Of a stretch of DNA of 8,323 nt, positions 1 through 7,301 are shown one piece after another; the first letter of the stretch is position 1; each line of letters opens with the position of its first letter. The notes under the pieces are model-generated. The model was given only the letters and a program-made list of their open reading frames with translations. It did not search any database and was not told the DNA's origin. The stretch comes from Takakia lepidozioides (taxonomy: Eukaryota > Plantae > Bryophyta): the NCBI GenBank assembly GCA_030704615.1, contig JAKLZA010000292.1, positions 1-8,323 of the forward strand, written 5' to 3'. The position numbers and the translations under genes are program-made.

Positions 1-977
1 GCCCGTCCCTCTACTGGCTTCTGAACCGGCTCAGGCCGATTCACCCCCCCCAACGCGAATGAATGAAGCAAGGGTAGAAGACAGATTCTATTGCAGCAGA
101 CACCTTCACCTGCGGATGATGAAGAGAAGGCAATCAGGGCGACGGCCGAACCAATCTCCCGCAAAAAACCGCTTCCACGAGCTTGAAGCTCAGTTCCTGG
201 AGGATTTCCCCCCTGCAGATGTTGGGGCCGACTCTGACTGCTGCAGCGAAGGCAATGGGATCGACCGTTGATCTCGATTTGGTACCGGAGGAGGGTGCTG
301 CCGCTGAACTTTCGCAGGCAGACCTCACCACCGATGAGCTAGCAGGCCCGGAGGCCTCTGCAAAGTGGCAAATTGCCCGCACACATGCCCCCAGGTGTCA
401 GCTCCAGTTGAGGATGCTCCACCTGCTCAGCCACTACCGGCACCTACAGACCTGTCTCCGGAGGATTTCAAAAGTGCAGCGGATAAAATGTTGGAGAGAC
501 ACACAGTAGCATTGGCAGAGTTCTGGGCAGCAGGGTATTCCAGCGGAATCTTCGAATCCCACTCTGTCGCATGGTCTCCCTTCCCATCGTCAGGCAGGCC
601 CTTCCCCGGAGATTGTGATAAGCTCAAGTTCGCATTTCGAGAGGGTACCGTCTGGGATCGGCAACGTTTTACGTTTCCATAGAGAATGAGGACGCGAAAC
701 CCGTGACCCCTGCCGATGAATTGTCAACGTGGGATACCACACTGGCACACTCGCAACCACGAATTCGAGGCGACGCTGAAGGGTGATCCCGACTTCGGCC
801 ATATGTCGGGAAAAATGTTCTTTGTGTGGGACGGGAATCACCGACTTCTCGCCTGGTGGAGTACATCAAGCAGAACCATGCCAACACATTGGCTGGCATT
901 ACATGGTGGAGGTGTCATCCTCAAGGTGAAGGCGGCAGACTCCTCCCTCCTCAGAATGCCATGGCGGACCTCAACTC
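1..977 (+). CDS. First visible exon (partial): Pro/Ala/Glu-rich region then ParB/Sulfiredoxin-like domain
   Basis: Frameshift-corrected reading ...GYRLGSATFYVSIENEDAKPVTPADELSTWD/PHWHTRNHEFEATLKGDPDFGHMSGKMFFVWDGNHRLLAW/EYIKQNH/WHYMVE/VILK...AMADLN. DGNHR at 830-844 matches the ParB/Srx hhDGxHRhxA motif. Donor GTAAG at 978. Confidence 0.72.
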
Positions 978-1007
978 GTAAGATACTCATACCCTCCCTA
1001 GCACATT

Positions 1008-1029
1008 CGAAATGCGGTGCCGCATTTCG
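1008..1029. repeat. Intronic copy of the 22-bp palindrome (intron 1)
   Basis: CGAAATGCGG-TG-CCGCATTTCG, perfect 10-bp arms. Confidence 0.95.
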
Positions 1030-1089
1030 GTTTCCATTCTGGTTTTGATTCGTGCTTCCGTGTACTGAACTGGAGAGTGTGCCTTGCAG

Positions 1090-1280
1090 GGTCACTGAGA
1101 ATGCGTACGTGCATACCACACATGGCACATATGCTATACAGGGTGAGGAAAACTGGTCTTACTGATCCGCAGATGTTTGCGGAAATGCTGGAGCCGGAGC
1201 TCATTCAGAAAGCCGTTGCACAAACAGACCGGACATTGTATCGTCTCACTATGGATGGAATGGTGGAGGTGATATACGAA
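1090..1280 (+). CDS. Exon 2 (SVTENAYVHT/MAHMLYRVRKTGLTDPQMFAEMLEPELIQKAVAQTDRTLYRLTMDGMVEVIYE)
   Basis: Acceptor GCCTTGCAG ends at 1089, in phase with exon 1; one internal frameshift near 1120; weak donor GTAGTC at 1281. Confidence 0.65.
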
Positions 1281-1378
1281 GTAGTCGTGCTCCAATTTCC
1301 CTCTGCTCATCCTTCCCAATTTCCAGTATGTTTCCACATGAATCGAATGTAACGCTTCTGCATGTTTTTTGTTGGCAG

Positions 1379-1666
1379 TCAAACATCAAGCTGGATTTGG
1401 CCCATGCCAAACGCTTCTTCATGGAAAGTGAGGGGCAGGTCAAAACGTTGCAGTCATTGACTGAGCACTTGAAGGAAGCCGGTGTCCAAGTCCAGAACCA
1501 AATACAAGTCAAAGCTTGTGAAGCTGGTGGCAATTGCAGATCCGGCACTTGGAAAGGACTTCATCCCCGAGATTGCAAAACACTATTCTCGGGCCATGCA
1601 GCCGACCATGCAATTGGAGAAACTGCATCTCACCTCTCAACGGCATGTGTGGAGGCGAAAGAGAAG
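1379..1666 (+). CDS. Exon 3 (SNIKLDLAHAKRFF...SKSRTKYKSKLVKLVAIADPALGKDFIPEIAK...LSTACVEAKEK)
   Basis: Acceptor TTTTTTGTTGGCAG ends at 1378; donor AAG|GTGAGG at 1667; pieces of ORFs 1328..1852 and 1482..1670. Confidence 0.62.
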
Positions 1667-1745
1667 GTGAGGTTTCAATGCACTGATTTCCTTCCTAGCA
1701 ATAGCCACTCTCTTCCAGCCACTGACATTGGATCGGAAATGGCAG

Positions 1746-1960
1746 ACACGGTGGCTGTCGATCTGGAATGCATCCGAGAGCATAAGGACAATGTGGTCTT
1801 TTCCACTGGAAGTTTCCGACCCTGCAGTGGTGTTGTGGCTCAACCCGTATGACTTGGTGGTTCCAGGTAATTCAAGGTACTTCTACCACTACTTCCCCAA
1901 TTTGCTTTTCTGACATGAATTCCCTGAACTGCTACGTGACAATGCATTTGGGAATGGCAG
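1746..1960 (+). CDS. Exon 4 (TRWLSIWNASES...WLNPYDLVVPGNSRYFYHYFPNLL...), boundaries uncertain
   Basis: Acceptor ATGGCAG ends at 1745 with CTGAC branch-like motif near 1722; donor CAG|GTAATG at 1961. Alternative splice sites (1718, 1867) cannot be excluded. Confidence 0.45.
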
Positions 1961-2069
1961 GTAATGTCGAATGCAAAGGAGCAAGTCGTAATGCACACAA
2001 ATTCGTTCGGCTTGTACGTCAAATGGGATGGAACACAGACATTGGAAGACTAACGTGACACGTTTTCAG

Positions 2070-2180
2070 ATGTGCGTACAAGGACAACCTTTTCGCCAGA
2101 GAGCTACATACAGCAAGAAGGAGCGTGGAGTTTACACATCAGGAGGGAGCGGGGAAAGCTGCAATGCGAATTGTTTACAG
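2070..2180 (+). CDS. Exon 5
   Basis: CTAAC branch motif and TTTTCAG acceptor ending 2069; donor CAG|GTGAAG at 2181; reading frame ambiguous. Confidence 0.55.
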
Positions 2181-2231
2181 GTGAAGCACAGCTGCCCTTG
2201 TATGCGAAGCTGGTTACGAGGTTTGTGTCTC

Positions 2232-2252
2232 GGAAATGCGGCACCGCATTCG
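2232..2252. repeat. Intronic copy of the palindrome (intron 5)
   Basis: GGAAATGCGG-CA-CCGCATTCG. Confidence 0.93.
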
Positions 2253-2329
2253 CATTTTATGTTTTTCGGTGGCACTCTGCCAGTAGGTTGGTCTCAAGTT
2301 TTTGCTCACGCATGCTGACTGCCTTGCAG

Positions 2330-3455
2330 GTATATGAAATACGTGCTCCTTCAGACAGGGGCCCTGGCTCAAGAGCCCCCGTTCTTCATGGCTTGGACCG
2401 TGGCGGGCCCAAGCTGTGTCTACACACCCGAGATGCAGAAACAATGGCATCCCGCGCATCTCGTTGGATGCCCGTGGTACCTGGACATGTCTGGCGGGTA
2501 TTGTTGACGAGTCTGAGAAAGATCTGCACGCCTTGGCAGAAGAGAAGAGAAAGGAAAGACTGTCCCCCTGCTGGGCCAAAGTCGGCAAAGGAATCTGCTG
2601 CTCTGGAAGAATCCAGAAAGGCAGCTGAGATGGCACAAAAGACGGTGGATGCAGGCTGTGCAGGCCCAACAGAAGGGTCGAAGAAGAGGACTCGCCAGCA
2701 AGGAGCAGCTGTTTGTGACACCCGCCAAAACGAAGAAGCAGAAACAGCCTGTTCAGGAAGAGGGTTAGGAAGAGGACTTCCCGATGGAGACTTTGCAACC
2801 AGCCCACCCCCCAAACGCAGGCTGCCTCCCCTGTGCCCACCGTTGTCACCAGAGGCACGAGAACTGGCTCGGCAAAAAAGGCACTCTTCAACCCCCCCGG
2901 GGGGCACCCTTTCGAGCCGTTGAAATGAGAGGCCCGAAAGTGGCTCCCGAAACTGTAGTCCAGTGTGTAAATGAGTTTTCTTGCTTGGCGGCTTTGGATG
3001 GACGGGCAGCCAAGTTGGCATACATGAAGACCATGGAGGGTCTGAGGGCAGAGCACTGAAGAAGGCGACTGCCGAAGAGCCTTCCGACACCCCCAGGATT
3101 TCAGAATATGGTCTCGTTCTTTGAGAGGGGTGTGTGCAGACAAGGATTGTAGGAGGGCGGAAATGCCACCGAGTGGTCTTGCGATATGATCATCTTGGAT
3201 ATTCCGGACGGAGAGCCGGTGGAAGGACTGCAAGCTTTGCCATCTTGGAACAGGTACTCGGAGGACTTTTGGAAGAAAGGATTCGGGCTTGCCCGCATGG
3301 TGTTGGACGACAGAGGCTGTGTGGTTGTCCTGGCGAGCAGAGGAAAAAACACTCAGACAGGAATTGCGAAGTGGACCCGCAAGAGCGCCGTCCCGATTCT
3401 GAAAAGAAAGTGGACGTGCATCAACACACTGGGCCTTCGGTCGGAAGGGAAGAAG
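2330..3455 (+). CDS. Exon 6: YMKYVLL...HLVGCPWY segment, charged/Pro-rich linker, then N-terminal half of the MTase-like domain (CDMIILDIPDG...LPSWN...GLARMVLDDRGCVVVL)
   Basis: Acceptor CTGACTGCCTTGCAG ends at 2329; donor AAG|GTGATT at 3456. DMIILDIPDG resembles beta-class motif IV (DLIxxDPPY), and ARMVLDDRGCVVV resembles motifs V-VI (xRVLKxxGxhhh). Confidence 0.7.
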
Positions 3456-3504
3456 GTGATTACGACACTGGCACTCTCGTCCATTCATTTGCTTGGGTGC
3501 TTTC

Positions 3505-3523
3505 AAATGCGGTGCCGCATTCG
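3505..3523. repeat. Intronic copy of the palindrome (intron 6)
   Basis: AAATGCGG-TG-CCGCATTCG. Confidence 0.92.
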
Positions 3524-3560
3524 GTTTCTAATCGTTTTCCCCTTCCCCCTGTGTATGCAG

Positions 3561-3824
3561 ACGAAGCAGTTCGATGCATACTGCTTTGTGAGGAAAACTC
3601 CACCTTTGCTTTCCGGAAGGAGGGAGGAAAGGTTGACCCGAACTGCGACCCACTCGATTACGACGTTCTGTTCAACAACGTTCCCAAGGAACTTCTCCCT
3701 CATAGCCTCACTTCAACGGAACCCCTGCGGTACTCACGGACTCGGAGCCCTGCCTTCATTCAGACAATTATGGAGACATGCACAGACGTGGAGGGCACAG
3801 TGCTGGACCTCATCTGTGGGACAG
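3561..3824 (+). CDS. Exon 7: MTase-like motif X (RTRSPAFIQTIMETCT) and motif I (EGTVLDLICGT-)
   Basis: Acceptor TATGCAG ends at 3560; donor CAG|GTATGC at 3825; resembles the KPxxLhxxhIxxxSxxGDxVLDPFxGSG region of N6_N4_Mtase. Confidence 0.8.
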
Positions 3825-3926
3825 GTATGCAGAATCTTGATCTCTGCTGTTCTGCAAATTCTCGTTAGGATGTAGTTCGCAACATCTGAAGCGCCATGTG
3901 GTAATGTGTGGATGGCATTGTAACAG

Positions 3927-4122
3927 GTGCCTCAATGTGGGCTGGGCGGTTTTCCGACCGGCACCTCTTTGCCTACGAGGAGGATTCATCCGTGTGGGGA
4001 TCCCATCTGGAGGGGCTGCAACGGAATGTGAAGGCTCCCGACAGAGCGGAAGTCTCCTCGGATTCGTCGGAGTCCGAGGAAGACACAGTGGACATTGATG
4101 CAGAGGAGAACCCGGAATACGA
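3927..4122 (+). CDS. Exon 8: end of SAM-binding region (GASMWAGRFSDRHLFAYEED) and acidic stretch
   Basis: Acceptor TAACAG ends at 3926; the phase-1 join gives CGTG-ASMWAGRFSDRHLFAYEED, matching GSGTTxxAAxxxGRxxIGxExD; donor GTGAGT at 4123. Confidence 0.8.
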
Positions 4123-4229
4123 GTGAGTGCAAACATTGTAAGTTTGCAAAGCCTTCTGGGTCATTTATGTCAAAGGAATTTCTCCCGACTGTGGTTCTCA
4201 TTAGTCTCGTTGATGATTGTCATGTGCAG

Positions 4230-4698
4230 GATTGCAGGGTCCGGGTCGAAACATGTAGGGCCTACACTTCCTGCCAGGAAGAATGTCCCGTTCTTTGCGA
4301 GGGCCGACTTCATGACGAGCCCGGTGAGGGACTACTCCCTTCCTAGTTATGCAGCTAAACTCGCAAATACAGCGATTAGAAGAAGTGAGAATCCCAGTAA
4401 AGTAGAGCAGATTTTGGAGAGGGCTAGGGAGGACAGAAGGATAAGGAAAGAGTTGGCAGCAGCTCAGACAGGTAGACGGGTACGAAAGTACATATGTGAT
4501 TCAGCGGATGAGAGCGACGCAGACAGGGAGGAGGACGACCCAACGGAGGTGAGATGGACAGTTCCGCAAGGGGAAGATGGGATTTTCGAAAGCCTGGCCA
4601 ACGAGCAGTCCGCTGGAGATGAGAGAGGCACTGAGGGGGTGGAGGAGGAGCAGGACAGTCTAGAACAGGATGAGGATTCCGATGATTTTCAAGATTAA
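4230..4698 (+). CDS. Terminal exon: basic helix then highly acidic C-terminal tail
   Basis: Acceptor TGTGCAG ends at 4229, phase-2 join; open frame (ORF 4123..4698) to TAA, followed by AT-rich 3' sequence. Confidence 0.72.
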
Positions 4699-4882
4699 TA
4701 GAATTTTAATGAAGTCTCTGTAAATGTAAATTCTCTTCCAGAGTATATAAAGAAAATTCTGCCCGACATTCGTGACCCCTCTCCAGTGTGCATTCCAGCC
4801 ACACAATTGCCCAAACCAGGACGCTCCCAAAATCAGAAATGGGTCAGGGCATTTCCAAAATTTTGGCAACTCTAAGAACCTC

Positions 4883-5421
4883 TTTTGGAAATGCGGCACC
4901 GCATTTCCAAAACAGGGGAGGGGACTAATTTTTCCATTTCAATGTTGGCATAGTAAAAAGTAATCTGAATTGGGAATGCGGTCCGCATTTCCAAAATTTC
5001 CTTTGTCCACACGCCAGTTTTGGCCTCTCCCGCTCATTGCATGGATGCCACCACGCTTACAGAGGTCGAACAAGGAGGTCGAACAAGGAGGCCGACATGG
5101 CGGGATTGGAAATGCGGTGCCGCATTTCCATATTGGGGATGGTGGTTGTTCGAACTGCAGACCCATCAGCAAAAACTGGCACCGCATTCCATTGTAAAAA
5201 AAAAGTCGATGACGGACATGGAAATGCGGCGCCGCATTTCCAGAACGGACATCGCAATTTGTCAATTTGGCAGACCCTCTCTCGGAAATGCGGTAACGCA
5301 TTCCATCGCGCTGGTCGGAAATAGGTGCACTTTTCGAAGTGTTGGACGGAAATGCGGCACCGCATTCCTTGTCCAAAAAGAAGTTTCCATTGCCAAGCTG
5401 GAAATGCGTCGCCGCATTTGC
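4883..5421. repeat. Spaced cluster of eight palindrome copies separated by unique sequence
   Basis: Copies start near 4887 (14-bp arms, 4883-4912), 4972, 5108, 5178 (right half only), 5220, 5284, 5348 and 5400. Confidence 0.92.
5062..5100 (+). repeat. 13-bp tandem repeat GAGGTCGAACAAG x2 plus degenerate third copy
   Basis: 5062-5074 and 5075-5087 are identical; 5088-5100 is GAGGCCGACATGG. Confidence 0.85.
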
Positions 5422-5481
5422 AATGCCAACCTCGTTTTCTGATCAATTTATAGACCCGTGTTGGTATTTCGTGTACCTGGA

Positions 5482-5676
5482 CGAAATGATGCACCGCATT
5501 TCGATGTCCGACATGGAAATGCGGTGCCGCATTTCGATGTCCGACATGGAAATGCTGTGCCGCATTTCGATGCGACATGGAAATGCGGCACCGCATTTCG
5601 ATCCCGACATGGAAATGCGGCGCCGCATTTCCATGCCGACATGGAAATGCGGTGCCGCATTTCATGTCCGACATGG
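5482..5676. repeat. Tandem array, 6 units of 31-33 bp (22-bp palindrome + ATGTCCGACAT palindromic linker)
   Basis: Units start at 5482, 5515, 5548, 5579, 5611 and 5643. Confidence 0.96.
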
Positions 5677-5997
5677 CGTTACTCTGGTATATTCTTGACA
5701 CATGACTCACATACCGGTTACTCTGCTTTATTCAACCAGACAGACAAATTGTAGAAATGAGACATCAAATTGTAAACAGTGGGCCAAATCCGAGAGTTAT
5801 TCAACACAATGAAACACAGTCATACAGAAGTGAGGTACATTCCAAGGCACACTCCAGGGCACATTTAATTTCCCCCGTACAGGATCCTGGACCGATGAAG
5901 ATTGGCTGCTGCATGAATGTAGCCGTTTCAGTTTCCTACCCTGCCATGCAAACTATGGGCAGTCACTGCCAGGTGGGCCGATAGCCACTGGACACGA

Positions 5998-6060
5998 CGA
6001 AGTCCATCCCCTCTTCGATGTAAATGCGGCGCCGAATTTCCATCCGGGGGATGGACTTCG
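5998..6060. repeat. Long imperfect inverted repeat/hairpin centred on a palindrome copy
   Basis: CGAAGTCCATCCCC (5998-6011) pairs perfectly with GGGGATGGACTTCG (6047-6060); inner GATGTAAATGCGG-CG-CCGAATTTCCATC. Confidence 0.9.
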
Positions 6061-6088
6061 GTGGCAGATCTCAAACTATAACTTGTTG

Positions 6089-6852
6089 ATGAGAAAGATG
6101 TATGGCTTCATCCACCGCTGGCGTGATGAACACATTCCACCTCCGTCGGTGGGTACGTGTGACCCAGATGCTCCATTTTGGAGGCCGGACTGCTCTTCCG
6201 CTTCGTATCTTTTCCAAAATCTAAGGGCTTCGTAGCTGTCCGCAAGGTCATCGACATCCAAGTCGTCCTCAGGTCCTCCTTTGCAAGGATGCCGTGCTTC
6301 CGGAACCGGGACGACTGCCCCTTTGGAGGCATCGATTATGCAATGTATTCGGCCACATCGGGAGACATTGTTATCTGGTACACAGATTACACAGAAGATA
6401 CTGGTTCGATTGTGGAAACATTGGTGGCTTTTGAGTATATCGTAGGCCACTACGCCTTCGAGCGGGGTGACGATCTTGGTTTGAGGAGTCCGTGGCTCCT
6501 GCGCATCCTCGATTCCGATTTTCCCAGCTACGACGGTCACCCATGCAGAAGAAGGCGCACTGCTATGCTGTTGCGGTGGAACTGCTGCCACTAGACGTGG
6601 GTGGACTCCATCGGAGAGACCTATTCTCCTCGAGGAGTGCGCTCCTCTTCTCCATTGTATGGGGACATTCGCATTGGTGTGGACGACGAAAACGTGAAGA
6701 TTTCCATATTCGATGGTGGTATGATTGAAGGGCAGGACATTGTGGTGAACATCACTAGGGGCGGTACAACGGCTGCAATCGACTTTACATGGAGGAGCCC
6801 CAGGACTCATGAGCTAGTTCTGAGAGCAGTCGAAGTCCCATTGACAACGTGA
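6089..6852 (+). pseudogene. Second, apparently intronless, frameshifted gene of unknown function (~250 codons)
   Basis: ATG at 6089 (MRKMYGFIHRWRDEHIPPP...), then ORFs 6178..6594, 6492..6728 and 6601..6852 tile one protein-like region ending at TGA 6852; AATAAA at 6936-6941. Start codon uncertain. Confidence 0.5.
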
Positions 6853-7187
6853 CTTGTATTCAGTAGGCACAGGGCTCAAGATTTGAGGGCACAATCAGCA
6901 CAGTAGACGTGCTTCAAATGCAATTCATGTGGATCAATAAAAACCTCATTGTGCCCTCTTTTTATTCTATTCTGTGTCCATTGTTCCGAGAATGCGTCAT
7001 TGCTCATTTCGTTTGGGATTGGGAGTGTGGGTGAATTTTGCAAATGGCTGGTAGGCTGAAATGGGCCCCCATTGTACAGAGCAGTACCACCCTACCATTC
7101 GCGAAACATTGCCTTTCAATATATAATTCTAAATAACATTGCCGAACCTCCTTCATCGGGAGGTCCTTCTCCCCCTATGACCGTGGC

Positions 7188-7200
7188 ACCCTAAACCCTA
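7188..7200 (+). promoter_or_regulatory. Telo-box / plant telomere-like motif ACCCTAAACCCTA
   Basis: AAACCCTA at 7193-7200; a TGGGCC (site II-like) hexamer at 7062-7067. Function not demonstrable from sequence alone. Confidence 0.4.
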
Positions 7201-7264
7201 TTCCCGCGGACACTCATTTCCGGAAAATAGTGCTGCTCATGTTTTTTTCCACACTTACGACTCT

Positions 7265-7301
7265 GCTCATGGCTCATGCCGCTCATGGCTCATGGCTCAT
7301 G
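7265..7301. repeat. GCTCATG heptamer x5 (extra copy at 7235-7241)
   Basis: Copies at 7265, 7272, 7281, 7288 and 7295. Confidence 0.88.

Larger units (their letters stand above)
1..4698 (+). pseudogene. Multi-exon gene (5' end outside window) for a ParB/Srx-like + beta-class N6A/N4C DNA methyltransferase-like protein; many apparent frameshifts (pseudogene or sequencing indels)
   Basis: Inferred exons <1-977, 1090-1280, 1379-1666, 1746-1960, 2070-2180, 2330-3455, 3561-3824, 3927-4122, 4230-4698 (TAA 4696-4698). Eight GT-AG introns of 79-149 nt. Several junctions join in phase (TC|G Ser, AAG|ACA, AAG|ACG, G|GT Gly inside MTase motif I, GA|G Glu). Protein-like sequence hops between frames in most exons. 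Confidence 0.8.

Noticed and set aside
1667-2069. Alternative short introns 1667-1718 and 2014-2069
   Set aside because: They would be only 52-56 nt; introns 1667-1745 and 1961-2069 fit the size of the others better, though RNA data are needed.
2214-3506. 430-aa and 234-aa minus-strand ORFs
   Set aside because: Antisense shadows of exon 6; no recognisable motifs, whereas the plus strand has MTase motifs and splice sites.
4883-4912. Rho-independent terminator or bacterial REP element
   Set aside because: The hairpin with T/A flanks resembles one, but the locus is spliced eukaryotic DNA and the motif is one member of the dispersed family.
4883-5676. Bona fide CRISPR array
   Set aside because: Eukaryotic intron-containing context, no cas genes, irregular spacer lengths, the distal part is a pure tandem repeat, and the same motif occurs singly in introns.
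4660-5754. Many ORFs with repeated WKCGTAF / MEMRCRIS / GNAAPHF peptides
   Set aside because: These are translations of the stop-free palindromic repeat in different frames on both strands, not zinc-finger or repeat proteins.
7188-7200. Telomere or interstitial telomeric array
   Set aside because: Fewer than two full repeats; at most a telo-box.
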